A program made the position numbers and the translations under genes. A stretch of DNA of 64,000 bases. It comes from an uncultured Candidatus Saccharibacteria bacterium. GTDB taxonomy: Bacteria; Patescibacteriota; UBA1384; CAILIB01. Of the stretch, positions 51,869-61,384 are shown piece after piece. Below the pieces are notes generated by a model. The model had not been told where the DNA came from and made no database searches. It worked only from the letters and a program-made list of their open reading frames with translations. The stretch spans positions 24,066 to 88,065 of the forward strand of contig CAZQKK010000001.1 of NCBI GenBank assembly GCA_964593885.1. The letters are read 5' to 3'. Within the stretch, counting starts at the first letter, position 1. The number at the start of each line of letters is the position of its first letter.

Positions 51869-52551
51869 AGATTGGCGGCCTGCAGCGAACTACCCTCGTA
51901 GACTATCCGGGTAAGGTTGCTGCCACCGTCTTCACCCAGGGGTGCAACTTTAGGTGTCCGTACTGCCACAACCCCGAACTGGTCCTACCCGAGAGGTTTG
52001 AAGCACCGCTCCCCACCGAAGACTTCTTCTCGTTCTTAGCATCGCGCCAGGGCAAGCTAGATGCGGTGTGCATAACCGGGGGCGAACCCACCGTCCAGCC
52101 AGACCTCGCAAGCTTCATTGCAAGGATTAAAGAGCTGGGCTTCCTGGTGAAGCTTGATAGCAACGGCTCTCGCCCAGACCTTCTGGCAAAGATTTTGGCT
52201 GGGGGAAACGTTGACTACGTGGCGATGGACGTAAAGGCGCCACTTGAGAAGTACTCTGAAGTTGCAGGAATATCACCCTTCCTGGTGAAACAGATCGAGA
52301 AGAGCATCACCGTCATCATGGAGAGCGGCGTAGACTACGAGTTCAGAACCACGGTGATGCACCCGCTGCTCGACGTAAACGATATTGAGATTATTGGCGG
52401 CTCAATCCGTGGCGCAAAACGCTACTTCCTCCAGAACTACCAGAAGTCCAAACAAGTCTCTAGTGATACCTTTACGCCTTTCACTCCTGGTGAGCTAGCG
52501 ATCAGTAAGTGCATTATGGAAACCTACGTCAAAGAGGTTGGAATACGCTAG
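51865..52551 (+). CDS. nrdG: Anaerobic RNR activating protein (radical SAM)
   Basis: TLVDYPGKVAATVFTQGCNFRCPYCHNPELV (CxxxCxxC). ATGA overlap with nrdD. Confidence 0.85.
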   Translation: MKIGGLQRTTLVDYPGKVAATVFTQGCNFRCPYCHNPELVLPERFEAPLPTEDFFSFLASRQGKLDAVCITGGEPTVQPDLASFIARIKELGFLVKLDSNGSRPDLLAKILAGGNVDYVAMDVKAPLEKYSEVAGISPFLVKQIEKSITVIMESGVDYEFRTTVMHPLLDVNDIEIIGGSIRGAKRYFLQNYQKSKQVSSDTFTPFTPGELAISKCIMETYVKEVGIR

Positions 52552-52631
52552 CGCCACTTCACTCCGCCGCTTCCCCCAGCTACCTCACATCCCGTATACT
52601 GAAACTACCTAGTTTCAACGTGCAACCAACC

Positions 52632-53699
52632 ATGGATACCCAACTCCTCGAATCCACCGCTCGTCAGCTCGTCAGAGAGGGCCACGGTATCTTGGCGGCA
52701 GATGATAGCAGCGCCAGCTCTGCCAGGCGTTTTGAGGCTGTTGGTGTTGAGAACTCAGACGAAGCCCGTCGCACCTACCGCCAGCTCCTAATGACGGCTA
52801 GCAAGGCAGAAGAGGTACTCAGTGGTGTCATCCTTTTTGAGGAAACCTTCAGCCAGAAGGTAGATTCTGGGCAAACCTTCCCAGAGTACCTAGCCTCTGT
52901 TGGCATCCTTCCTGGCATCAAGCTTGACCAAGGGCTCCAGGATCTTCCAGGATTCCCCGGTGAAAAAGTTACCGCCGGTCTTGATTCGCTCCCAAAACGT
53001 GCAGAAGAGTTCTCGAAGAATGGGGCTCGTTTCGTGAAGTGGCGTAACGTCATCGCTATTGGCGATGGTATCCCAACTGATGAGTGCATTGGCGCCAACA
53101 CCTACATCCTCGCCCGCTACGCCAGGATTTGCCAGGACAACAACATGGTTCCTATCGTAGAGCCTGAGGTTCTCATGGATGGCACCCACAGTTCTGAAGA
53201 CTGTGAGCGCGTCACCGCTCGGGTCTACGACATCATGTTCCAAACCCTCCGAGCCTTCCGTGTCCACCTCCCAGGGTGTGTGATGAAGACAGCCATGGTT
53301 CTCCCGGGAAAGCAGGGTGAACAAGAGATGGAGGCCGATGATGTTGCCGAGCGAACCGTCCGGGTTCTCAAGAACCACGTCCCCGCTGAACTTGGCGGAG
53401 TTGTCTTCCTCTCAGGTGGTCAAAGCACCGGTCAGGCACTGGTTAACCTCAACAGAATTGAGAGGAAGGCGAAGGAACAGCAACTCCCATTCAACGTGAC
53501 CTTCTCATACCTCAGATCTCTCCAGGATCCTGCCCTCAACCACTGGGCGAAAGACCAGGCAGACGTTGCTGGTGCCCAGGAAGTCCTCAATGACCTCCTC
53601 ATGAAGGCTTCAGATGCCCGTAACGGGGTTCTGGATGAATCAAGCCTCCACCCAGACCACGTCAGCGGCAATAAAGAGTCAGGCTTCTGGGAGTACTAG
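52632..53699 (+). CDS. fba: Fructose-bisphosphate aldolase class I (eukaryote-type). The ORF track starts at 52509; ATG 52632 (MDTQLLEST) is preferred
   Basis: GILAADDSSASSARRF (versus GILAADESTGS), Schiff-base-Lys region MVLPGKQG, VFLSGGQS, and the C-terminal LLMKAS...GVL pattern of class I aldolases. Confidence 0.8.
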   Translation: MDTQLLESTARQLVREGHGILAADDSSASSARRFEAVGVENSDEARRTYRQLLMTASKAEEVLSGVILFEETFSQKVDSGQTFPEYLASVGILPGIKLDQGLQDLPGFPGEKVTAGLDSLPKRAEEFSKNGARFVKWRNVIAIGDGIPTDECIGANTYILARYARICQDNNMVPIVEPEVLMDGTHSSEDCERVTARVYDIMFQTLRAFRVHLPGCVMKTAMVLPGKQGEQEMEADDVAERTVRVLKNHVPAELGGVVFLSGGQSTGQALVNLNRIERKAKEQQLPFNVTFSYLRSLQDPALNHWAKDQADVAGAQEVLNDLLMKASDARNGVLDESSLHPDHVSGNKESGFWEY

Positions 53700-53706
53700 G
53701 CCCACT

Positions 53707-54807
53707 ATGAGAAAACCCCTCCTCGCTCGTATCACAAAACTGGGGTATACGGGTCTCCTCAAACCGATTTTCTTCAAACTTGATCCTGAGAAGGTGCATG
53801 AGCGCGCACTCCATTCAGGTGTATCTCTTGGTAACAACGAAACTGCCCGCAAGCTGGTGTCAAAGGTTTTTGGGAAGCGCTACCCATCACTTCGCAGAAC
53901 CGTTGACGGGGTAAAGTACCCCTCGCCTATTGGGCTAGCGGCTGGCTTCGATAAGAACGGTGAGCTTCTCAACATCCTACCGAGCATTGGCTTTGGATTC
54001 ATGGAGGTTGGGAGTGTCACCAAAAGGTCTTACCTAGGAAATACCGGAAAGCGCCTGGTAAGAGCACCCCACGAAAAAGGAATTTTCGTAAACTACGGAC
54101 TGAAGAGTGAGGGCGCTGAAAGCGTCGCAGAGCGGCTCAGCCAGTACCGCAAGCAGGAACTTTCAGAACCATTCCCTGTAGGTGTCAGTGTCGCTCCCAC
54201 CAATGATGGGAGGTGCACCGATCCCACTCTCATGGTTGAAGAGTATGTCTGGGGGGTGAAGCACTTCGAAAAGCTTGCCAACTACCTCACCCTCAACCTC
54301 AGCTGTCCCAACACCTCGTGCGGTCAACCCTTCCTTGAGGCCAAAAACCTACGGATGCTCCTGGATGCACTCCCAGAGGTGAGCATCCCACTCTACCTCA
54401 AGCTGTCTCCAGATAAGGATGACAGCCACATTGTAGAGCTCCTTTCCATAGCTTCAGACTACCCAGTGGTAAAGGGGGTGGTCTTAAGTAACCTCACAAA
54501 AGATAGAACGAAACTGAAAGACGCTGAGAAGTACACCAACGTGCAGGGAGGGCTAAGTGGCAAAACCCTCTTCCCGAGAACCCTCTCGCTCATCACCCAC
54601 ATCAAGAAACAGTTTGGCGACAGGTTCACCCTCATTGCTTGCGGAGGCATCACAACGGCAGCCGAAATCTACGAGCTTGAAAAAGTGGGGGCCGATCTCG
54701 TCCAACTCGTAACCGCCATCATCTACAACGGACCTAGCTCAATCACGCTCATCAGCGCTGATCTTGACCAACTCTACAGGTTACAAGGACCACCTACCCG
54801 CCAGTAA
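53707..54807 (+). CDS. pyrD: Dihydroorotate dehydrogenase (quinone), class 2. The ORF track starts at 53614; ATG 53707 is preferred
   Basis: N-terminal amphipathic segment, GLAAGFDKNGE, GFGFMEVGSVT, LNLSCPNT, and C-terminal IACGGITTAAEIYELEKVGADLVQLVTAIIYNGP. Confidence 0.85.
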   Translation: MRKPLLARITKLGYTGLLKPIFFKLDPEKVHERALHSGVSLGNNETARKLVSKVFGKRYPSLRRTVDGVKYPSPIGLAAGFDKNGELLNILPSIGFGFMEVGSVTKRSYLGNTGKRLVRAPHEKGIFVNYGLKSEGAESVAERLSQYRKQELSEPFPVGVSVAPTNDGRCTDPTLMVEEYVWGVKHFEKLANYLTLNLSCPNTSCGQPFLEAKNLRMLLDALPEVSIPLYLKLSPDKDDSHIVELLSIASDYPVVKGVVLSNLTKDRTKLKDAEKYTNVQGGLSGKTLFPRTLSLITHIKKQFGDRFTLIACGGITTAAEIYELEKVGADLVQLVTAIIYNGPSSITLISADLDQLYRLQGPPTRQ

Positions 54808-54949
54808 CGGGGTCTTTCATACCATTTTCACGGGGCGATACTACGCTAGTACTGTCAGCAGCAGGATGTTGGCAGAAAGGAGTTCACATGGAAGGCGAGG
54901 AATAACTACCCCCTTCACATTTTGCACCTACTTCACTAACTATTTCCCC

Positions 54950-55432
54950 ATGCATATTCCAAAAAAAGTTGCGCTCAGCCTTGGCGCCATCGCGCTCATG
55001 CTTACCGCAGGTCTCGCCACGCAATCTGTCTCCGCTCACATGAACGGAGCTGGAACCAACCTCGCTAGCTCACTTGCCAATAAGCTTGGCGTTGAAGAGA
55101 GCAAGGTGAACACCGCCCTTGATAGCGTCAGGAGCGAAAACCAAGCCTCTCGCGCAACTGAGATGAAGACCAACTACACCGAGAAACTCACCGAGGCTGT
55201 AACCGCTGGAAAGCTCACAGAGGCTCAAAAGACCCTCCTCCTCACCAAGTTTGATGAGGTCAAAACCAAGCAGGACGACCTAAGGAAGCAGCAGGAAACC
55301 CTGCGTACCGAAACCGAAACTTGGGCAAAGACCAACAACATCCATACCAGCTACCTTATGGGTGCCGGAATGAAAGGTGGTCCTAGCGGTCGTGGTCACG
55401 GTGGACCCGGTGGTCCAGGCATGATGCGCTAA
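54950..55432 (+). CDS. Small secreted coiled-coil protein with a Gly-rich C-terminus (160 aa). The ORF track starts at 54764
   Basis: Signal peptide MHIPKKVALSLGAIALMLTAGLATQSVSA. Helical repeats (TEKLTEAVTAGKLTEAQKTLLLTKFDEVKTKQDDLRKQQETLRTE). Tail GGPSGRGHGGPGGPGMMR. Confidence 0.5.
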   Translation: MHIPKKVALSLGAIALMLTAGLATQSVSAHMNGAGTNLASSLANKLGVEESKVNTALDSVRSENQASRATEMKTNYTEKLTEAVTAGKLTEAQKTLLLTKFDEVKTKQDDLRKQQETLRTETETWAKTNNIHTSYLMGAGMKGGPSGRGHGGPGGPGMMR

Positions 55433-55455
55433 CTAGGTGAGTTACACACGTACAA

Positions 55456-55490
55456 CAAAAAGAGGCTCGCACACGTGCGAGCCTCTTTAA
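55456..55490 (+). terminator. Intrinsic terminator (GAGGCTCGCAC...GTGCGAGCCTC) after the small secreted protein gene
   Basis: aaaaagaggctcgcacacgtgcgagcctcttt. Confidence 0.6.
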
Positions 55491-55500
55491 TAATGTCTCA

Positions 55501-55526
55501 ACAAGAAAAGCCCCCTTGCGGAGGCT
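55501..55526 (-). terminator. Intrinsic terminator of the convergent lipoprotein gene (AGCCTCC-gcaa-GGGGGCT + U-run on the minus strand)
   Basis: Plus strand acaagaaaagcccccttgcggaggct. Confidence 0.6.
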
Positions 55527-55548
55527 TTGAAGTTATTTCTGGATGGTG

Positions 55549-56829
55549 TTAGCCACCCATAGATGGGGAAATTGTCAGCTTTACGTCACCGGTCAGCTCG
55601 ACGCCCTGGTGCTCTTTGAAGAGCTGGAACGTCCACGCCGCAATTCCGTCCTCCAGCTCACCTGGAGTACCACTGAACGTATACTTGGCTTGACCGCTGG
55701 CAGTCTCAGCCACGATCACCGCGTCGTATATGGTGCTGGGCAGCAGCTTGGCAGCGTTCTTTTGGAAGAGCACTATCAAGTTGATGAAGTTGAAGTAGTA
55801 CTGATCTTCACTGCCACCATCGTGACCGAGGAAGTAGCTACCACTTGCAATCTGCTTCCCAGTTTCGTCAACCATCGAGAGAACGCTATGCACAACCTGT
55901 GGATCCATATTCGGATCAACGGCGGTGTGGAACATTCCCCAACCAGTGACGGTCCCGGCGAAATCTTCACCAGTTATGGGAAGACACGCGTAGGTGCCAT
56001 CGTTCATGGTGTAGCTGTAGCCAACTTGTGCCGGGAGGCGACTTGCGCGCACCTCACTCGTCATACCGTGGCCGAAACAGAGGAGAGGACTCCCCTTGCC
56101 TTCGTTGGCGTTCATGGTGACGTGACCGCTGGCGTATACCAGGGTTGAGTACATCACCACCACTCCCGTCCCTTGGGACAGGGTGTAGGGAGAACCTCCA
56201 CGGGTCTGCCTCGCAGGGAGATTGCTCTCCTTGGGCACCTGGATGAAACGAAGGTTTCGCTCCTTCTGGATGTCCTTTCCACCCCAGGTGGAAATTCGCT
56301 CCAGAGGAGCATCAACCCAGATTTCTCGAGGCGTTTGTGCCTGCTTAGCTGCGAGCGAACGGGTTGCCGCAGAGCGGAGCAAAACACCGTTGTACTCGTC
56401 GAGCATCGTTTGGGCAGGGATCACGAAGGCGTGCGAAGTATCCGACACACCGGCACTGTTTCCAGTGCCAGCTGACACAGCTCCAACCAGGCGAACGCCA
56501 TCGTGGAGAGTTACACCGCTCCAACCATGGTTGAACATGGTGCCGTTGAGGGCGCTGATCAAGATGTAGGTACCGTCTTCGCTGTCGAAGACGGTCTCCA
56601 CCTTTGCCTCGCCTCTGTGGTCAGAGGGATCGTATCCCTTAGCCCTTCTGGTGAAGAGTTGAGTGGAAGGCGAAACCTCCTTGAGAGGAAGGATTCCGTG
56701 AAGAACCGGGAAAGTTCCCGTCTCATTTCCGGAGCTGACAGGCGCCACACCATTTCCGCCACACCCGAAGGTGCAGAAAAAAACGATGGAAGCGGCGAAG
56801 ACTGCAAACGTAGCCTGTAAGTTTTTCAT
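55549..56829 (-). CDS. Putative secreted lipoprotein of unknown function (about 426 aa). The ORF-track start 56871 is a TTG at the predicted transcription start and is rejected in favour of ATG 56829
   Basis: MKNLQATFAVFAASIVFFCTFGCGGNG is a signal peptide with a lipobox-like TFGC. A consensus promoter lies upstream. Confidence 0.5.
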   Translation of the reverse strand: MKNLQATFAVFAASIVFFCTFGCGGNGVAPVSSGNETGTFPVLHGILPLKEVSPSTQLFTRRAKGYDPSDHRGEAKVETVFDSEDGTYILISALNGTMFNHGWSGVTLHDGVRLVGAVSAGTGNSAGVSDTSHAFVIPAQTMLDEYNGVLLRSAATRSLAAKQAQTPREIWVDAPLERISTWGGKDIQKERNLRFIQVPKESNLPARQTRGGSPYTLSQGTGVVVMYSTLVYASGHVTMNANEGKGSPLLCFGHGMTSEVRASRLPAQVGYSYTMNDGTYACLPITGEDFAGTVTGWGMFHTAVDPNMDPQVVHSVLSMVDETGKQIASGSYFLGHDGGSEDQYYFNFINLIVLFQKNAAKLLPSTIYDAVIVAETASGQAKYTFSGTPGELEDGIAAWTFQLFKEHQGVELTGDVKLTISPSMGG

Positions 56830-56876
56830 GGACAACTCTGGTTCCTTGGACGCATTCGCCCAAGACAACAAGCGGG

Positions 56877-56905
56877 ACTATACATAAAAAAATGCATTTT
56901 GTCAA
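56877..56905 (-). promoter_or_regulatory. Consensus sigma70-type promoter (TTGACA, 17-bp spacer, TATAGT) driving the lipoprotein gene
   Basis: rc reads cattgacaaaatgcatttttttatgtatagtcc. Both hexamers match the consensus at 6/6 and 5/6 positions. Confidence 0.6.
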
Positions 56906-56952
56906 TGCTCTACAGATGACCATGGTTATGCTAATGCTTTTCGTTTGAAAGT

Positions 56953-58092
56953 CTAACCTGTAACCGGCAGTGAAACGGTAAACTTTAGACCAGGCTTTGC
57001 ATCTTCAGCACTCACCTGCCAACCGTGGGCGTGAGAAATTTCTCTGACAATGGCGAGACCAAGCCCAAGACCACCTTCGCTCCGGTTTCGGGACTGGTTA
57101 ACTCTGAAGAACCTCTCAAAGAGATCCCCGAGAACTTCCTTTGGCACACCTTTCCCATTATCTGAAACGCTAAATTGATGCTCTGATCCGGTAATAACAA
57201 GCTTGGTTGCTCCTGCATGGGCAACGGCGTTACTAACAAGATTGGTGAGCAGCTGGGTGAGGAGCGACCTATCAGCCTGGTAGCTGAGAGTATCTTCAAA
57301 GCGCTTTTCTACAGTAATGCCAGCCTTTTCAAGATCAACCTCGTGCTCAGCAAGAACAGCACTCACCACCTTGCTGAATGAGACAGTCTTTTTCTGGAGC
57401 GATGCCGCCTTACTCCTCAAGCGAGCGTAATCCTGAAGCCTCTCGGTAAGGTCTGAGAGCCTATCTACCTGATCAATGAGAACCGTAGTTCTTGCGGCAT
57501 CAAGAGTCACTACCCCATCTTTAATCCCCTCAAGCTGAATTTTGAGGGCGCTGAGTGGTGTTTTGAGCTCGTGAGAGGTATCTGAGATGAGGTTCTGCCT
57601 GAGGAGCTCTACCCGGGTAAGCTCGGTTGCAAGCCCATTAAAATCCCCAATCAGTTCGTCAAACTCCATGACCCCGGTTGGTTCTACCTCACCCTGCTGT
57701 TCTCGCTTCTTGAGCTTCTCCACAGCATGGCGCAAACGCTGCAGCGGCTTTGCCACAAAAAGGTATGCCATGAGGTAACCCAAAGCCATTGAGACGAAGA
57801 TGCTCACCATGGTTACCCAGAAGAGAATGCCCTGGAACTGCCGCTTGAAAAACTCTCTCGGGCCACCTTCGCGGGGGCCAACCTGAGCATCACCTGTGCG
57901 AATAATACCAGCAACAGGAGCCAGCTCACCGTTCTCAAGCCTTTCCTCAAGCTGGTAAACCTGGATGGTGTGAGCAAACTGGCTATCACTCTGACTAGTT
58001 ACAATGGCGTTGAGCCCAAGGAGGATGGTAGTAGTAGCGAGTGCAAAGCCACCCGCCAGCCTCAATCCTGTTGAAATGGTGTACTTGGTCAT
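56953..58092 (-). CDS. Sensor histidine kinase (TM, HAMP-like, HisKA, HATPase_c)
   Basis: H-box ISDTSHELKTPLSALKIQLEGI. N/G boxes LVSNAVAHAGATKLVI...DNGKGVP...GGLGLGLAIVREISHAHGWQV. 4-nt overlap with the RR gene. Confidence 0.85.
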   Translation of the reverse strand: MTKYTISTGLRLAGGFALATTTILLGLNAIVTSQSDSQFAHTIQVYQLEERLENGELAPVAGIIRTGDAQVGPREGGPREFFKRQFQGILFWVTMVSIFVSMALGYLMAYLFVAKPLQRLRHAVEKLKKREQQGEVEPTGVMEFDELIGDFNGLATELTRVELLRQNLISDTSHELKTPLSALKIQLEGIKDGVVTLDAARTTVLIDQVDRLSDLTERLQDYARLRSKAASLQKKTVSFSKVVSAVLAEHEVDLEKAGITVEKRFEDTLSYQADRSLLTQLLTNLVSNAVAHAGATKLVITGSEHQFSVSDNGKGVPKEVLGDLFERFFRVNQSRNRSEGGLGLGLAIVREISHAHGWQVSAEDAKPGLKFTVSLPVTG

Positions 58093-58760
58093 GCAGACTC
58101 CACGCTAAACTTGTACCCACTCCCAACTACCGTCTGGAGGTAGTGCGAGCAGCTGCCAAGTTTCTTACGAATTCCTTTCACGTGTGCATCGATAACCCTA
58201 TCAAACACCTCAACTCCTTCCTCGCCGTACACCCTATCTAGAATTTCGTCCCTACTGAAGATCTTTTCAGGGTGCTCTGCTAGCAAGCTGAGAATCTGGA
58301 AAGGGAGGGTGGTGAGCTGCTGCCAATTTCCATCAACCTCAACCGCTTGTCTCTCGGCACTAATGGTGAGGCCTGGAAACTCTCTGAGCACATCCTTCTG
58401 GTTGCGTCTGAGGAGCGCCTTTACCCGAGCAACCAAGACTTTTGCCGAGAAAGGTTTCTTGAGGTAGTCATCTGCACCAAGGGCGAGACCCTTGAGCTCA
58501 TCAGATTCCTCAACCCTAGCGGTAACCATAAAAATGGGGATCTCAGTGTTCTCTCGCCTCATTTCCCTACATACCTCTAAGCCATCCATTCCAGGCAAAT
58601 TGAGGTCTAAAAGTACTACATCAGGTTTGTCTGCCTTCCAGAGCTTTAAGCCCTCACTACCATCTGCGGCTTGGTCTACCTCAAAGCCTGCCTGAACCAG
58701 GTACGCAGCAGCAACTTCTCTGATAGCTGCTTCATCTTCAATGAGGAGGACTTTCTGCAT
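58089..58760 (-). CDS. OmpR/PhoB-family response regulator (receiver plus winged-helix DNA-binding domain)
   Basis: MQKVLLIEDEAAIREVAAAYL...DVVLLDLNLPGMDGLEVCREMR...PIFMVTAR. C-terminal wHTH ...IDAHVKGIRKKLG...YLQTVVGSGYKF. Confidence 0.85.
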   Translation of the reverse strand: MQKVLLIEDEAAIREVAAAYLVQAGFEVDQAADGSEGLKLWKADKPDVVLLDLNLPGMDGLEVCREMRRENTEIPIFMVTARVEESDELKGLALGADDYLKKPFSAKVLVARVKALLRRNQKDVLREFPGLTISAERQAVEVDGNWQQLTTLPFQILSLLAEHPEKIFSRDEILDRVYGEEGVEVFDRVIDAHVKGIRKKLGSCSHYLQTVVGSGYKFSVESA

Positions 58761-58777
58761 TACTGTAATCTAGCAGA

Positions 58778-60634
58778 TTATGCCTGTTTTAGTGCTTCGG
58801 CAGGCTTCACGTTTGCGGCAACCGCACTCATGGCAACACTCACCACCATGGTAACAATGAAGAGGATACCGACGTACAAGCCAATACTCTGCCAATCGAT
58901 GATCCTAAATATCCCACTCTGCACTTCTCGCACTGTTGGGTATGTCTCACGGAGCGTGGAATTAATCACACCATTGAACCAACGTGAGAGTAGCGGACTA
59001 ACCACTACAATACTTGCGAGACCCAAACCAATACCAGCAACCCCAGCAACGAGGGATGCAATGAGTGACTGCCCAAGCACCAGTTGCCTGATTTGACCGC
59101 TCCTTGCACCTAGAGCCCTAAAGACGGCTATCTCACGTCTGCTCTCACTGATAAAGCGCGAGAGTGAAAGGGCAAGTACTACCCCCACAACTACTATGAA
59201 AAGTATGGTGAAGATAGAGGTTGCAAGCTGCAATCTTCCTTTTAGATCACCAAGAACTCCGAGCTTAACCGCATCTTGGTAGGCGTAGCCTTTTGCATTG
59301 AGTGAGGTAACCACGGTACTCCTATCCTGTACACTCCCAACTTGTACCAGCATCGTTGCTGAAGTTCTCGCTGCGGTATCATATATCTTACTATTGGCAA
59401 GAACACCAACCACATCTCCTGAGCTGAATGGGTTACCTGCTTCGGCAGTCTCCCTTTTTGTTTCAATGATTAAGCCTGGCACAACGTAGCTTGTACTCGC
59501 TTCATTTGCGCCTCCGCCAAAGCTAATTGCACCCCCACGAGGCCCGCCTCCAGCTACTGCTGAGCTACTCACCCTCAGTGGCCTACCTCCAAAACTTGCT
59601 CCCTGCCCAAGCTGCACACCATCATAGGTTGTGCCCATGTAGGTCTGGTTGAGATCAGCAACGGGAATAGCCTCACTATTTCTCGCAGTTAACTGCTTAT
59701 CAATGAGGCGCTGCATGAGGTCAGATGCTGCGGACTCTGGGATGTAGTTTGTCCCTGCCTGGTTATCGCCCTCAAGTATTCCTACCACCTTGAAAGTAAC
59801 CTCAAGCGGTGCTGCCAGTTTACTGTAATCCCAGTACTTACTGAGAGACTCTTTACGTGTAGTCTCAAGTTTTGCCAACTCATCAGCAGTACGCTTCTTA
59901 AACGTGATACCTTCACTAGTTGGATTTACCGTAAAGCTCTGCTCTTTACTGAGCTCACCGTATCTTGCAGTAAATGTTTTTCCAATCAACTCCTGTTTAT
60001 TGAAGGTTAGCTGAGTTGACTTGTTGGGGCCAAAGCTTGTTGCGCCACCTACCTCAATAGCACCTCCACTCCCCCGTCCTGGACGGCTCAGTGTTGTGGT
60101 GATTTCATCCTTGCCTTGCCAGTCTTCGCTCCTATCAACCAGCTGACTTGCCGAGATTACGATTGGAACCACACCACCTGGGGTATAGGAAAAGTCTCCT
60201 TCGGTGTACGAAGCAGCCATGCCACTTGGAATACTAGTGATTTGTCCAAAGGTAATTGGCGTTTCACCAATAAGGTTAGTTGTGGCAATTTCTCCTAGCG
60301 GCACCGCATTCAGTAGTGAGGCATTTGAGACCCCAGCGACTGCCTTTACCGTTTCAAGATCAGTTTCTGTGTAGAGACTATCCTCAGAAATGAGCCTGAA
60401 ACGTCCTCCCCCGGCATTTGTGGAGCTCTGCTTCTCAAGGGTAATCATCCTACTCTGATCTTCAATGGTACCAAAAACACTCTGCTCGGTAGCTGATTGG
60501 ATATTCTGGGTAAGCGAAGTTAAGAACACACCGCAAGCAAGTAGCACCGCAATTGGCACTACGAGGAACACCGTCTTTAACTTGTAAGACCTGAGTTTCT
60601 TTGCGCTTATCCTTGCTGTTTGAGAAATTCTCAT
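58778..60634 (-). CDS. ABC transporter permease, MacB/FtsX family, with a ~400-aa extracytoplasmic domain (618 aa)
   Basis: N-terminal TM TVFLVVPIAVLLACGVFLTSL. Large Gly/Ser/Thr-rich periplasmic region. C-terminal FtsX domain LATSIFTILFIVVVGVVLALSLSRFISESRREIAVFRALGARSGQIRQL... Confidence 0.8.
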   Translation of the reverse strand: MRISQTARISAKKLRSYKLKTVFLVVPIAVLLACGVFLTSLTQNIQSATEQSVFGTIEDQSRMITLEKQSSTNAGGGRFRLISEDSLYTETDLETVKAVAGVSNASLLNAVPLGEIATTNLIGETPITFGQITSIPSGMAASYTEGDFSYTPGGVVPIVISASQLVDRSEDWQGKDEITTTLSRPGRGSGGAIEVGGATSFGPNKSTQLTFNKQELIGKTFTARYGELSKEQSFTVNPTSEGITFKKRTADELAKLETTRKESLSKYWDYSKLAAPLEVTFKVVGILEGDNQAGTNYIPESAASDLMQRLIDKQLTARNSEAIPVADLNQTYMGTTYDGVQLGQGASFGGRPLRVSSSAVAGGGPRGGAISFGGGANEASTSYVVPGLIIETKRETAEAGNPFSSGDVVGVLANSKIYDTAARTSATMLVQVGSVQDRSTVVTSLNAKGYAYQDAVKLGVLGDLKGRLQLATSIFTILFIVVVGVVLALSLSRFISESRREIAVFRALGARSGQIRQLVLGQSLIASLVAGVAGIGLGLASIVVVSPLLSRWFNGVINSTLRETYPTVREVQSGIFRIIDWQSIGLYVGILFIVTMVVSVAMSAVAANVKPAEALKQA

Positions 60635-61323
60635 GCGACCACCTTTCCTTTATTGAGCTTCAACTGCTTTGGGAAAGCTTTTGCAACCAACGGATCGTGG
60701 GTAATCACTACAACTGAAGTACCATCTTCTGTGATATCCTTCAGTAACTTGAGAACACTTGCAGCGTTTTCAGCATCAAGGTTCCCCGTTGGCTCATCTG
60801 CCAAGATCAGTTTAGGATTGTTGATGAGCGCACGCGCAACTGCAACACGCTGCATTTCTCCACCTGAGAGACCCGCGGGAGTGTGATCCATTCTATCCCG
60901 TAAACCCACCCTTTCCAGGAGCACCTCCGCCCTGGCAAAAGCAGCTTGGGTTCTTACACCTGCAAGCATGAGAGGGAGCGCAACATTTTCCCTGGCCGTG
61001 AAGTACGACTGCAGGTTAAAAAACTGGAAGACAAACCCAATGGTTTGGTTACGGAAAGCCGCAAGCTTCCTATCTGAGAGAGCATCAAGACGCTGCCCAA
61101 CAACACTTACATGACCACTTGTGGGCGAATCTAACCCACCAAGAATTTGGAGGAGTGTTGATTTACCGGAACCACTTGGACCAACAATGGCGAGCGACTC
61201 ACCATTAGCAACCGTGAAAGAGAGGGTATCGAGGGCAAGCGTCTCGTGCTTTCCCTTGGCGTAAACTTTTTTGAGCTCCACCGCTTCGATGAGTGGTGCG
61301 CTCTCACCTTTTGGGTGAGACAT
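60631..61323 (-). CDS. ABC transporter ATP-binding protein (MacB/LolD-like)
   Basis: Walker [11 protein letters not shown]-loop, signature LSGGEMQRVAVARAL, Walker [14 protein letters not shown]-loop VVITHD. 4-nt overlap with the permease. Confidence 0.9.
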   Translation of the reverse strand: MSHPKGESAPLIEAVELKKVYAKGKHETLALDTLSFTVANGESLAIVGPSGSGKSTLLQILGGLDSPTSGHVSVVGQRLDALSDRKLAAFRNQTIGFVFQFFNLQSYFTARENVALPLMLAGVRTQAAFARAEVLLERVGLRDRMDHTPAGLSGGEMQRVAVARALINNPKLILADEPTGNLDAENAASVLKLLKDITEDGTSVVVITHDPLVAKAFPKQLKLNKGKVVA

Positions 61324-61384
61324 ACAGCGATATTAGGTACTAGGTACCTTCATCTTAGTACCTCAGTATGAATTACCTGTGAAA

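Noticed and set aside
51194-53378. Minus-strand ORFs 51194..51700 and 52890..53378 (162-168 aa)
   Set aside because: They are antisense to nrdD and fba respectively. Their GC-skewed Val/Gly/Glu-rich translations have no motifs, whereas the opposite strand has high-confidence enzymes.
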